Positions 55,568-64,000 of a stretch of 64,000 bases of DNA are shown in pieces. How positions within the stretch are numbered: position 1 is the first letter of the stretch; every line of letters begins with the position of its first letter. The notes below the pieces were generated by a model. It was given only the letters and a program-made list of their open reading frames with translations, did no database searches and was not told the DNA's origin. The DNA is from Escherichia phage vB_EcoM-fFiEco06. Location of the stretch: the sequence record NC_054914.1. One strand, 5' to 3'. The position numbers and the translations under genes were made by a program.

Positions 55568-55842
55568 TCGAAATAATCTTCAATTTCGTAATCATAGACA
55601 TAAATCATTATAGTTTTTAATACATCATCAATACTTTTTCCTGGAGCTGGAATTACGTAAAAATATCCTGCTTTTGAGAGGTCTTTATAAGTTCCAATCA
55701 AGAAATCATTATTCTCAAGATGTAACTCTTCAACTAATTCATTGACAATTGAATGGTATAGGTTTGGTAGAAACTTATATAGCTTTTCTAGAATATCAAT
55801 TTTGATTGTGTATTGAACCACGGACTGAGAATCAATAATCAT
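55564..55842 (-). CDS. arn: Arn, anti-restriction nuclease (McrBC inhibitor)
   Basis: 92 aa, acidic; position next to asiA. Confidence 0.8.
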   Translation of the reverse strand: MIIDSQSVVQYTIKIDILEKLYKFLPNLYHSIVNELVEELHLENNDFLIGTYKDLSKAGYFYVIPAPGKSIDDVLKTIMIYVYDYEIEDYFE

Positions 55843-55919
55843 AGACCTTCCCCTTATGTTTCTGTTTGCGATTAGATTCTTTAAACGCTTTCTTCTTATC
55901 CTTATGGACAGAAGCTTTA

Positions 55920-56144
55920 TTAAAATTGTGTTTTGCGACTAAATTGTTCATAGTGCTGAATTACCTCTCTCAAACACTTGCATGTGAATGAAAACTTTTT
56001 AGCTACACCACATTCAAATATATGTTCTCTTAAATCACGTGTGTCAGTATATCCCATCTCAACAATAAAATGTCTTATTAGATTTTTATCTTTATCATTG
56101 AGAGAATTAAAATAATCGGATTTTGAATTAATTTCCCTGGCCAA
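55920..56144 (-). CDS. Hypothetical protein (arn.1-like)
   Basis: 74-aa ORF. Confidence 0.5.
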   Translation of the reverse strand: MAREINSKSDYFNSLNDKDKNLIRHFIVEMGYTDTRDLREHIFECGVAKKFSFTCKCLREVIQHYEQFSRKTQF

Positions 56145-56424
56145 ATTGAATCACCTTCAGTTGACGTTTTAGTTCTTTTATCATTTCTTCGTTCATCGCA
56201 ATATAAAGATCGCGTAAAGCAGGTTTTAACATTCCATTTACTGGAGAACTAAATGGACATACATAATCTTTTCCTACGAGCTTTTTGGTGAATTCCATAT
56301 CACAGAACTGAAATGCCGGTTCATTGGCATAAATTCCCCAATTAGTTGACATCATTTTATTGGCATATTCCAACGCCTGGATTTGATTCTTAATTCCATC
56401 AATTTGAAACTTTTTAATATTCAT
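56128..56424 (-). CDS. Hypothetical protein (arn.2-like)
   Basis: 98-aa ORF. Confidence 0.55.
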   Translation of the reverse strand: MNIKKFQIDGIKNQIQALEYANKMMSTNWGIYANEPAFQFCDMEFTKKLVGKDYVCPFSSPVNGMLKPALRDLYIAMNEEMIKELKRQLKVIQFGQGN

Positions 56425-56885
56425 TAGTAAAGGTCCTCAGAGTAAAGTTCTTTTTCACTACCACCGCGTTCAATACGTACTTGTCCGGCGTAAGTTGCAA
56501 TAATCATTGCTTCTTCACGTGTCCAGTAATTGCTATACTGATCAATAAACCCTTGGTCATCATCACAAACTTGCTGAGTAACTAATTGGGGTTTAACTGC
56601 ATCTAAAACTTCTGCCATATCTTTAGAATAATGACGAGCACCTGGAATAACAAGAGTTCGTCCATCTTTTAATTTAAAACGGTTGGCGGCACAAACAATT
56701 CGTCGTTGATACTTTTGGTTTTCATCCCAGTATGCGGTCTGCCAACAGATTTCAGGAACTTCTTTTAGAATATCTTCTTCTGTGCATTTATAACCATGCG
56801 CTTTAAATTTTTCAACAAGACTTTCTGGAGTTTCACGACATAAAGGAACATTCAGCATTTTTAAACGATTAATAAATGGGTTCAT
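56424..56885 (-). CDS. Hypothetical protein (arn.3-like)
   Basis: 153-aa ORF. Confidence 0.55.
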   Translation of the reverse strand: MNPFINRLKMLNVPLCRETPESLVEKFKAHGYKCTEEDILKEVPEICWQTAYWDENQKYQRRIVCAANRFKLKDGRTLVIPGARHYSKDMAEVLDAVKPQLVTQQVCDDDQGFIDQYSNYWTREEAMIIATYAGQVRIERGGSEKELYSEDLY

Positions 56886-57211
56886 TTAAACCATCCTTTA
56901 ATACGCTGCCACAAAGTTTTCTGTTGAGCTTTGTTAACACCAATTGAGCGAATAACTGGTTGAGATTCCTGGAATTCTTTATAATCAGCAAGGTAAATTT
57001 CGTAAGCTGCATCCGTAAATGAACTTATCGCCGCCATAAAATTATTGCGAATACCTACTGGAGCATCTTTACTTTCACGAATAATCATGTATTTACCAGT
57101 CTTAATCTTTACGATAGTTCCAAGATAAGCTCCATGATACCAGATATCCCACCCCTCTTGAGTGGGTTCTGCACAACGACGAAGTTCATTAACAATTTCT
57201 AACTTGTTCAT
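56882..57211 (-). CDS. Hypothetical protein (arn.4-like)
   Basis: 109-aa ORF. Confidence 0.55.
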   Translation of the reverse strand: MNKLEIVNELRRCAEPTQEGWDIWYHGAYLGTIVKIKTGKYMIIRESKDAPVGIRNNFMAAISSFTDAAYEIYLADYKEFQESQPVIRSIGVNKAQQKTLWQRIKGWFK

Positions 57212-57221
57212 TATTTATTCC

Positions 57222-57857
57222 TCACAGTTCAGATGCTACGGTGATTACTGCTTCAATGTTTTCTGCCGAGCGTTTAATGTCAAGATACACATTGCCGTTT
57301 TTAGCGATTTTACATGACATTCCAATATCAGTAAATTTCTGAATATGGTGTTCCATCATTTTGTATCCAAAAATTCGCATATTTCCATTGTTATTAATTT
57401 CAAAATTACGAATTCCGTGAGTGCGTTTTTCTAAAATAGCAAGATAGTTACTGCGGTAAGTTTCAACCTTTTTAAGAACAAATCCATTTTCATCTAAAAG
57501 TTTTAGCATAAGGTCTTTATCTTCTTCCATATCGGAAGTAATCTCACGAGCTTTACGAGTTGCTCGTTTTTTCAGTAGTTCAGGAGCATTTTCCTGTGCA
57601 TATAAAGTTGCCGCATTTGAAATAATATCCTGAGCTTCACCAGTAATGATTAATCCATCACCAGATTTCTCCACCAGGCCTTTTTTAATCAATACCCCAA
57701 TATTACTATTAACTACTGCGTTACCTAAATCTGGATGCACCTCACGAACTTCTGCAGCTGTAATGAAATCTTTCTTAGCAATAGTAATTAAAATCGCAGC
57801 AGTTTTTTCATTCAGAACATCGTTAGAAGCTTTGATGATGTAAGTTACTTTAGACAT
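57222..57857 (-). CDS. motA: MotA middle-transcription activator
   Basis: 211 aa; matches my recollection of T4 MotA. Confidence 0.92.
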   Translation of the reverse strand: MSKVTYIIKASNDVLNEKTAAILITIAKKDFITAAEVREVHPDLGNAVVNSNIGVLIKKGLVEKSGDGLIITGEAQDIISNAATLYAQENAPELLKKRATRKAREITSDMEEDKDLMLKLLDENGFVLKKVETYRSNYLAILEKRTHGIRNFEINNNGNMRIFGYKMMEHHIQKFTDIGMSCKIAKNGNVYLDIKRSAENIEAVITVASEL

Positions 57858-57885
57858 TTTAATCTCCGTTTCAGTTCATTTATTT

Positions 57886-57925
57886 GATAGGTCTATAGTA
57901 TCATGTTTAAAGCAGAAGTAAACAC
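57886..57925 (-). promoter_or_regulatory. Early promoter upstream of motA
   Basis: Minus strand GTTTAC (-35) and GATACTATAGA-type -10; shares the tttcagttcatttatttgatag leader with the cassette at 58214. Confidence 0.5.
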
Positions 57926-57962
57926 TTTTTTGCACTCTTTTTCAAGAGCTCTAATAAAGTAC

Positions 57963-58190
57963 TTACTTAATGTTCAGATTACGAACTTCGATTTCGTCTT
58001 CATGGGCAAAATCAAACTGTTTGAATTCTGTGCCACCTTTAAATTTAAAAATCATTGTGAAGAAAGTCAGAACACCAGGTTTTTCTTCACGAACTCCACA
58101 GATATCATATTCAATACCATCTACAACCAGTTTGTTAGCAGTCAGAGCATTTTTAGCTTTAACGATTTCGTTTTCGATTTTAAATTTCAT
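57963..58190 (-). CDS. Hypothetical protein (motA.1-like)
   Basis: 75-aa ORF with GGAGA Shine-Dalgarno. Confidence 0.55.
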   Translation of the reverse strand: MKFKIENEIVKAKNALTANKLVVDGIEYDICGVREEKPGVLTFFTMIFKFKGGTEFKQFDFAHEDEIEVRNLNIK

Positions 58191-58230
58191 TTTTGTATCT
58201 CCGGGTTGTTTGTTTCAGTTCATTTATTTG

Positions 58231-58286
58231 ATAGTTGTATAGTACCATAAAGCTTTATGCTTGTAAACCGTTTTGTGAAAAAATTT
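58231..58286 (-). promoter_or_regulatory. Early promoter with UP element
   Basis: Near-identical to the cassette at 41521..41580 (gatagttgtatagtacca … tgtaaaccgttttgtgaaaaaatttt). Confidence 0.5.
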
Positions 58287-58287
58287 T

Positions 58288-58307
58288 AAAATAAAAAGGG
58301 AGAGCCG
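58288..58307 (-). terminator. Terminator hairpin (gggagagc-cgag-gctctccc) + T-run
   Basis: 8-bp GC stem; minus-strand TTTTTATTTT follows. Confidence 0.55.
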
Positions 58308-58322
58308 AGGCTCTCCCTAAAA

Positions 58323-58472
58323 TTACTGCATGACTGTGATAACTGTCATGATAACACGTTGAATGCCGAACGCAAGAAGACCTCCTGCTACAGCTGGAAC
58401 AACACCTACCCCCGCTAGTAAAATGCCGCCAGATACTAATGCCGCGCTTGTAATACCAATGAATGGACTCAT
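58323..58472 (-). CDS. Small hydrophobic membrane protein (not in ORF track)
   Basis: 49-aa Gly/Ala/Val-rich ORF; ATG overlaps the gene 52 stop (ATGA); hand-translated. Confidence 0.45.
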   Translation of the reverse strand: MSPFIGITSAALVSGGILLAGVGVVPAVAGGLLAFGIQRVIMTVITVMQ

Positions 58473-59797
58473 TTGATTTCCTCTAAATCTTTGGTGTATT
58501 CGGTAACTACATCAGTAGTTTTCCAATATTCGTTTTCTTCTTTTTTAGCTTTAGCTTCTTCAGCAAGTTTCTTTGCTTCGTCAGAAGTCATATGAAAAAT
58601 ATTCATTCCAACTAGTTTATCAACATAAGAAGAATACATATCAATTTTAGAAAGTTCTTCGGTCAGTTCTTTACGAGTTTTACCCTGTACAACAATTTCA
58701 CCTGAAATTACTTTCTTAATGAAATGTGCTTTGGCAAAGGCTAAACGAAAAGCTGACTCAGTTTCTTTAATTTTGTTATCAATTCGTTTTTGGACATAAG
58801 TTTTACGAACTTCAACGAAGTCTTTAATTAAATCAACTACGTTATCGTAAACTTGTAGCTTTCCTTTCTCATTAATGACAGTAATATTCTGAGAACGACG
58901 CTCAATCAGTCCGAAGTCTTTCATAATTTTTGCATGGCGTTCTTCTTCATTATCGCTCAAAGAGTATTCTTTTCGGAATTTAACTTTGAATCCAAAACCA
59001 TGCTCACCACAAGCATCATCCCATGTAATGAAGCCTTTATCTTCAAGTGGATCTAAGATTTTACTCACATAAGTTTCACGATCATACTTATACGGAATCT
59101 CAGTGATATGCATTTGAGTTCGTGAAGTAAACTTATATGTTCCACGAATTTCATACTGCCCATCAATTTCAACGACTTCACCACGAAATTCTGGGAATTC
59201 TACCTTCGGTTTAGTTACTTTCTTTCCTTGAAGAGCTTGTAATACAGCTTTCTTAACAGAAGAAACACTATGAGGAAGAATGTAAGTTGCATAACCAGTT
59301 GCAATACCGGAAACGCCATTAAGAAGAACAGTAGGAATAATAGGCAAATAGAAAGCAGGCGGAATGTGTTCTTTATCTTGATGTACCGGAGCATATTCAG
59401 TATCTTTATATACGTTATAGAAATTTTTACTTACACGAGCAAAAATATAACGACTTGCCGCTGCTTTTTGGACGGTACGAGAACCAAAGTTTCCTTGACC
59501 ATCTAACAAAGGAAAGTTATTATTCCAAGTATTAGCCATCAAAGCACCTGCGTCTTGTGCAGAGTTTTCGCCATGGTGATATCCAAGGTCCGCTACACCA
59601 CCTGCGATAGAAGCGAGCTTATGAAACTTATCTTTATTTCCTCGCGCCAAATCAAGAGCTCGAGCAATAACAAATCGTTGAACTGGCTTAAATCCATCAA
59701 TCATATTTGGAATAGCACGATTTTCAACCGTGTACATAGCATAAGCCAATGCTTCATTATCAATGATACTTTTTAAATCGCGATTATTCAGTTGCAT
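58469..59797 (-). CDS. 52: DNA topoisomerase II medium subunit gp52
   Basis: 442 aa; gyrase A-like N-terminal region with candidate active-site Tyr (…SRYIFARV…). Confidence 0.92.
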   Translation of the reverse strand: MQLNNRDLKSIIDNEALAYAMYTVENRAIPNMIDGFKPVQRFVIARALDLARGNKDKFHKLASIAGGVADLGYHHGENSAQDAGALMANTWNNNFPLLDGQGNFGSRTVQKAAASRYIFARVSKNFYNVYKDTEYAPVHQDKEHIPPAFYLPIIPTVLLNGVSGIATGYATYILPHSVSSVKKAVLQALQGKKVTKPKVEFPEFRGEVVEIDGQYEIRGTYKFTSRTQMHITEIPYKYDRETYVSKILDPLEDKGFITWDDACGEHGFGFKVKFRKEYSLSDNEEERHAKIMKDFGLIERRSQNITVINEKGKLQVYDNVVDLIKDFVEVRKTYVQKRIDNKIKETESAFRLAFAKAHFIKKVISGEIVVQGKTRKELTEELSKIDMYSSYVDKLVGMNIFHMTSDEAKKLAEEAKAKKEENEYWKTTDVVTEYTKDLEEIK

Positions 59798-59801
59798 AAA
59801 T

Positions 59802-59942
59802 TTACCATACTAGTGAATGTAGTGCCATAATAACATCAGAAATGAAAAGCACGACTTGAATTAATCCGAACATTACTCCATAATATAGTGCTACCAATAA
59901 AGTAGCAAGGGCTAATGAATAGCCCAAGATTTTCTTAATCAT
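59802..59942 (-). CDS. Small hydrophobic protein (not in ORF track)
   Basis: 46-codon ORF; ATG overlaps the stop of the upstream small gene; hand-translated. Confidence 0.4.
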   Translation of the reverse strand: MIKKILGYSLALATLLVALYYGVMFGLIQVVLFISDVIMALHSLVW

Positions 59943-60093
59943 TAGTAGATAACAACACAAATGTTAAATATGCACACATACCCTGGGCTAAAGCTTGTGA
60001 AAACACACTGCTAGCATCGATACAGATAGTTAAAACACATGCTACTATCCAACAAATAAATGAAATAACTCCTAATAATTTTGCGATATTCAT
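59935..60093 (-). CDS. Small membrane protein, possibly Ac (acridine sensitivity)
   Basis: 52-aa hydrophobic Cys-containing ORF between stp and 52; assignment by position only. Confidence 0.45.
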   Translation of the reverse strand: MNIAKLLGVISFICWIVACVLTICIDASSVFSQALAQGMCAYLTFVLLSTND

Positions 60094-60103
60094 AATATTC
60101 TCC

Positions 60104-60190
60104 TCAACTATTTTTAGAACCTAAAATACCAAAGTTTTTAAGATTGTTACGATAGAACTGCATCACATGTTCGTTATGGAAATTACTCAT
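60104..60190 (-). CDS. stp: Stp peptide (suppressor of three-prime phosphatase)
   Basis: 28-codon [21 protein letters not shown]… matching my recollection of the T4 Stp N-terminus; hand-translated. Confidence 0.75.
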   Translation of the reverse strand: MSNFHNEHVMQFYRNNLKNFGILGSKNS

Positions 60191-60648
60191 TAATATGCCT
60201 GCAAAACAAATTTAAAGTTATCAGCCAACATACGGTTCATTTCTTCAAGTGTTTGATACTCAGAATGATGATTACGAGTAAACGCCAACGCTAACTGACC
60301 TTTATCAAATCCTGTCGTCAGAGGTTTCATCTTAGAAGCAGGAAGATAAAATACTGTGTATGGAACATTATTATTTGCAATAGTACGCGCAAGCTGAGAC
60401 CGACGCTGACGAATATGACTTAGAACCGCACTGAATCCTTGCTTAGAACGCTGATTACCTACATAAAATCGTGCAGACACGCACGGATTACTAAATGGAC
60501 GACCATCTAATTTACTCACTAAAAAGTAAAATCCAGGTTTAGACAAAATGTCTTTGTGCGGAGTTCCCAAAAACCACTCACCACCCTTGATTGTACCAAT
60601 AACAGTTGCGCCTGCATTATTCAGATCAGTAACAGTCATATATTTCAT
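60190..60648 (-). CDS. ndd: Ndd nucleoid disruption protein
   Basis: About 152 aa from MKYMTVTDL…; the track ORF has a 16-residue upstream extension. Confidence 0.85.
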   Translation of the reverse strand: MKYMTVTDLNNAGATVIGTIKGGEWFLGTPHKDILSKPGFYFLVSKLDGRPFSNPCVSARFYVGNQRSKQGFSAVLSHIRQRRSQLARTIANNNVPYTVFYLPASKMKPLTTGFDKGQLALAFTRNHHSEYQTLEEMNRMLADNFKFVLQAY

Positions 60649-60708
60649 ATTAATTTCCTCTAAATTATTTTCTACTCCAAGGCCGTATGAATACACACGG
60701 CCGATAAA

Positions 60709-60968
60709 TTAATCGTCGCAGTCGACGCTCAATTCCCAGAATTCTTCTACGGTATAAGTTTCAGTATCATTTTCAATACAGAAACGTTCATTACTATTAT
60801 TTTCTAAAGTAGCGTTAACTGTCATTTTCTCGCTAGTGCTTTATTTTCTAAAGTAGCGTTAACTGTCATTTTCTCGCTAGTGCTCTTAAGAGGTGAAATA
60901 CGAATTAACTGATCACCGTTATCTAAACAAAAAATTTCACCAACTTTTACATCTTTAAAACTTTTCAT
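60709..60968 (-). pseudogene. Small ORF (ancestral 71 aa) frameshifted by a 44-bp tandem duplication
   Basis: ATG at 60968 with GAGGTGA SD; duplication shifts frame to a premature TGA (48 aa); removing one copy restores a 71-codon ORF ending at 60709. Confidence 0.55.
60797..60884. repeat. Perfect 44-bp direct tandem duplication (2 copies)
   Basis: ttattttctaaagtagcgttaactgtcattttctcgctagtgct at 60797-60840 and 60841-60884. Confidence 0.9.
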
Positions 60969-61083
60969 AATTCACCTCAAGGAGTATAAAATCCAAATGC
61001 AGTTGTTGACCATCCCATCCAATATGGGAAATTTGCACCAATGTAAAACATAAGAATATAAAACCAACCACTCAGCAAATTCA

Positions 61084-61281
61084 TCATTTTACACCATTCC
61101 AAATTGTTTCAACCACGGATTTTAAACCATTTTGATGAATATCCATTCCGACTACCGTCATCAAATAAATTCCAACTACAACTGAACCTAAGGCAAAAAT
61201 CAGCATGAAAATGAATAAAGCCGGAAAAATATTATCGAAAAACCATTCAATAAATGTAAAAGCACTGCGTTTACGCTTCAT
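61084..61281 (-). CDS. Small membrane protein
   Basis: Start taken at MKRKRSAF… (GAGG SD); two hydrophobic segments. Confidence 0.5.
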   Translation of the reverse strand: MKRKRSAFTFIEWFFDNIFPALFIFMLIFALGSVVVGIYLMTVVGMDIHQNGLKSVVETIWNGVK

Positions 61282-61288
61282 ATTTTCC

Positions 61289-61402
61289 TCACATAAATCC
61301 AAAGTAAACGTTTAATACATCAATCATTAAAACGATTGGGAATATACTCAAAACTATTAGTATTATAACTACATTCCATATAGCTTTAACAATCTTTTTC
61401 AT
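61289..61402 (-). CDS. Small membrane protein (37 aa)
   Basis: Internal ATG with GGAGG SD inside the 61289..61534 track ORF. Confidence 0.45.
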   Translation of the reverse strand: MKKIVKAIWNVVIILIVLSIFPIVLMIDVLNVYFGFM

Positions 61403-61420
61403 TTTCTGTTCCTCCGTAGT

Positions 61421-61465
61421 TGATAGGGTAATAGTACCACGGAAGAACAGTCTTGTAAACAACTT
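61421..61465 (-). promoter_or_regulatory. Early promoter
   Basis: Minus strand GTTTACAAGACTGTTCTTCCGTGGTACTATTACC (-35 and -10). Confidence 0.45.
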
Positions 61466-61642
61466 TAAAAATATTCGTAATAAATGTGAATACCAACTAC
61501 TACCGCTGAAACTTGCACAACCCACCACGCACAAGCAATAAGTACAGAATTCAAAATTTTCATAATAACCTCATCACAAAAGTAAATGTTAAACAAATTA
61601 CTGGAATACTAATTAACCAAACAAAACACCACCATAATGAAC

Positions 61643-61906
61643 TCATAGTTCAATCTCAACGATTTCCAAGTGTTTTTGTTTTATTGCCTTTTTAACACAA
61701 TCATGGACTAAATATGACCATGAATCATTATATTCTCCATTAACTAATCGTTGGAGATCTTCACGTGATGATAAGTAAGGTTGATCTGATTCCCATTTTG
61801 ATAAAAATACTGCAGTAAAAATATCTCCTTCATCTGTAGTTGAAGTCGTAAATGCAATAAATTCACCGGTAATTTTATGTTTAGCGTAATAAAATTTAAA
61901 TTTCAT
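61643..61906 (-). CDS. Hypothetical protein (denB.1-like position)
   Basis: Start at MKFKFYYAK… with GGAGG SD; the track ORF's upstream extension overlaps the promoter. Confidence 0.55.
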   Translation of the reverse strand: MKFKFYYAKHKITGEFIAFTTSTTDEGDIFTAVFLSKWESDQPYLSSREDLQRLVNGEYNDSWSYLVHDCVKKAIKQKHLEIVEIEL

Positions 61907-61926
61907 TTTTACTCCTCCGTAGCTGA

Positions 61927-61985
61927 TAGTTGTATAGTACCACGGTCCTTGTGGTATGTAAACTGTTTTGTGAAAATTTTTTAAA
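61927..61985 (-). promoter_or_regulatory. Early promoter with UP element
   Basis: Third copy of the gatagttgtatagtacca … tgtaaac … ttttgtgaaaa cassette. Confidence 0.5.
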
Positions 61986-62538
61986 TGGAAAGATACCATC
62001 CATTGTAGTTGCTTTTTCTTACAACCTTACGAAGGTCTTCTCTGTCACCGATGAACTTCGGAGTGTACTGGATAACACCTGGATGAATTTCTTTAGTGTT
62101 GAATATAATTATACAGTCAGCGACTTGATGATTTAGAATGGGCCCTAGATTTATTCCAGAACCGTATGGATACTCTCCGCTGCATCCTGTTGTTACAGAA
62201 ATCCAACGTGAGCCAGTTTGATGTGTCTTAACTTCTACACGAAGCCCACAGTATTTTGGATGTGCTAAAACATCCCACGCGTATGTATATGGATCATCGA
62301 CATCTTCTTGACCTTTATTAACATACCCGCTTAGCCAATCTGCTACAAAAAACTCTGCGTATACAGCAATACGACATCTTTCAATAACTTCTGCTTTATC
62401 CTGGTTCGGGTTTTGTTTTAAAGAGTATCTTGCAGTATCAGCAATTTTGACCTTCATTTCACTAGTCAAGTCACTGTTCGATAGGGTAAATGTCGGAATC
62501 TGAAATAGTCTCTGTAAACCCGGATTCGTTTTCTGCAT
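61981..62538 (-). CDS. denB: Endonuclease IV (DenB)
   Basis: 185 aa; assignment by size and position next to rIIB. Confidence 0.7.
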   Translation of the reverse strand: MQKTNPGLQRLFQIPTFTLSNSDLTSEMKVKIADTARYSLKQNPNQDKAEVIERCRIAVYAEFFVADWLSGYVNKGQEDVDDPYTYAWDVLAHPKYCGLRVEVKTHQTGSRWISVTTGCSGEYPYGSGINLGPILNHQVADCIIIFNTKEIHPGVIQYTPKFIGDREDLRKVVRKSNYNGWYLSI

Positions 62539-62800
62539 TTAGACTTTCCTTTTTACCACTGAGATAAGCGTTATATACTTTAAGAGTGCCGTAATAAATT
62601 CGGTCATTTTCATCTAAAGACTCGCGGTCAAGTTCATCGAGCTCCTTTTTATCCATGACTATAACATCATTACAGTAAAGAAACCCAAGTTTTTCGTGAC
62701 CAAACTCAAATTTATTACAGTACACAATATTAGCGTGATGATTTCCGTGCAGTTTAATCTCTTTTATGTCGGAATCACCGATATTCATACAATAAATCAT
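62471..62800 (-). CDS. Hypothetical acidic protein
   Basis: 109-aa ORF with SD; 3' end overlaps the annotated denB start by 68 nt. Confidence 0.45.
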   Translation of the reverse strand: MIYCMNIGDSDIKEIKLHGNHHANIVYCNKFEFGHEKLGFLYCNDVIVMDKKELDELDRESLDENDRIYYGTLKVYNAYLSGKKESLNAENESGFTETISDSDIYPIEQ

Positions 62801-62820
62801 AATTTTTCCTTAAAACAAAA

Positions 62821-62833
62821 GGGCCGAAGCCCT
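62821..62833 (-). terminator. Hairpin (gggc-cgaa-gccc) flanked by T/A runs
   Basis: Short GC stem with U-runs on both strands, between two minus-strand ORFs. Confidence 0.45.
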
Positions 62834-62838
62834 TTATT

Positions 62839-63033
62839 TTACTTGAATTGTGCAATTCTTTTCTCTAGACATTCAGCATAAGATTTCATTGAGATAAACT
62901 GCGAAAGTAACAGTTCTTGCTCAACTGCATTAACTGTTAGAAACTTTGCGCTTTCTAAAAATTTGCTCAGTGCATTAATTTTGAGCATTAATTGATCGTA
63001 TTCTTCTTTTACTCGTGCTTGATAACCTAACAT
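62839..63033 (-). CDS. Hypothetical protein
   Basis: 64-aa ORF with GAGG SD. Confidence 0.5.
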   Translation of the reverse strand: MLGYQARVKEEYDQLMLKINALSKFLESAKFLTVNAVEQELLLSQFISMKSYAECLEKRIAQFK

Positions 63034-63048
63034 AATTTTCCTCAGTTA

Positions 63049-63061
63049 AGGGCCGAAGCCC
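63049..63061 (-). terminator. Hairpin (gggc-cgaa-gccc) immediately after the rIIB stop
   Basis: GC stem followed by a T-rich tract on the minus strand. Confidence 0.45.
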
Positions 63062-64000
63062 TTATTTAAATTGTTCAGTAACGTCTTCAACTACTTCGTA
63101 TTGGCAGGTACGCATTTTAGCATCGTTGTAATCAATCGGAATTGATACTACATCACGCGGATGTACTTTAACTTTTACAACTCGGCTAGTTGAACTGCCA
63201 AAGTGACGAATATAAGATTTAGAACACACATGCAGACCGCGAGAACAAGTTTGTGTATCATCGTCATTCACACGAGTACGTGGCATTTTAACTACTTTAC
63301 CAGGGCTGTTATCAAAAGTATTTGAATGACAGTCAAAGTAATTGCTGCGAACTACTTTCCAAGCATAGAAGTAACCGTCTTCTGTAATTTCAATATCGTT
63401 TGCTACCAAGAAATCAAAGAGTCGAGATACCGCTTTTTGGCTTGGGTTTTCCAACAGATTTTCCAAGAACGGAAAATAGAATTCAAAGTTTTCGCCTTTT
63501 TCCATCGAGTCAAGAATACGATCAACCAAACCAGATCGCAATTCAATATTTTGATAGAACAAGCTTCCACCTTCAATTCGAACATCGCCGGAAATATATT
63601 TTTCAACAGCGCGACGAACATTAATTTTTTGTGCCGCTTCTTCCAACTTATCCGCTACAAGCAGATTAAGAATTTCCTGGAAGTTTGAATGAGTATTAGG
63701 AGTTGCGTTATAAGTTACACCGTCAACAGTAATTGAAATGAATTTTTTAGATGCATTCCAAATAATGTCAGATTTAGCAACTGGAGCAATAACTACATCG
63801 CTATTAACTTTAACTGTAATATCACCGCTAATAGTAACTTTAGAGCGTTTAGCTTCTTCAGCATTTTTCAAAACACGACGGATTGTGTCAACCGATACAC
63901 CTTGCCAATCAGCCAATTCCTGTTGGGTGTAATTACCACTTGAATACAGCTTAACAATTTCAGCTTGTTCGTTTTTGGTCAGGCATTTAATATTGTACAT
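63062..64000 (-). CDS. rIIB: rIIB
   Basis: 312 aa; start codon is the last three bases of the window. Confidence 0.9.
   Translation of the reverse strand: MYNIKCLTKNEQAEIVKLYSSGNYTQQELADWQGVSVDTIRRVLKNAEEAKRSKVTISGDITVKVNSDVVIAPVAKSDIIWNASKKFISITVDGVTYNATPNTHSNFQEILNLLVADKLEEAAQKINVRRAVEKYISGDVRIEGGSLFYQNIELRSGLVDRILDSMEKGENFEFYFPFLENLLENPSQKAVSRLFDFLVANDIEITEDGYFYAWKVVRSNYFDCHSNTFDNSPGKVVKMPRTRVNDDDTQTCSRGLHVCSKSYIRHFGSSTSRVVKVKVHPRDVVSIPIDYNDAKMRTCQYEVVEDVTEQFK

Noticed and set aside
62471-62538. 68-nt overlap between the 109-aa ORF and the denB start, considered as a possible frameshift fusion
   Set aside because: No slippery sequence or shared frame; more likely one of the two start or stop assignments is slightly off, so both are reported separately at low confidence.

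Overview
This window reads as the right-hand ~64 kb of a T4-like (T-even) myovirus genome, running from the 3' end of the major capsid gene 23 to the start codon of rIIB at the window edge. Gene content and order are collinear with T4: head and baseplate genes (24, hoc, inh, 25, 26, 51, 27, 28, 29, 48, 54), recombination/replication genes (uvsW, uvsY, 30, 32, 59, rnh, dsbA, 52), nucleotide metabolism (cd, pseT, rnlA, rnlB, nrdA, nrdB, td, frd), long tail fibre genes 34-38, holin t, and early-region accessory genes (asiA, arn, motA, ac, stp, ndd, denB, rIIB). Calls rest on protein motifs read from the ORF track, on my recollection of T4 proteins, and on promoter and hairpin sequences visible in the DNA; no database search was possible. 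Points that differ from my memory of the T4 reference or deserve a second look: two tandem full-length Alt-type ADP-ribosyltransferase paralogs; a NADAR-like plus HAD-like gene pair next to DNA ligase; a 68-codon ORF lying between frd and td; a td group I intron with I-TevI while nrdB is intronless; a T2-type gp37/gp38 adhesin module; a perfect 53-bp early promoter/stem-loop cassette repeated 15.8 kb apart; a 44-bp tandem duplication that frameshifts a small ORF; and a small Cys-containing ORF near uvsY that looks frame-disrupted. No CRISPR array, tRNA, integrase or transposase was seen. Regulatory-site coordinates are approximate.
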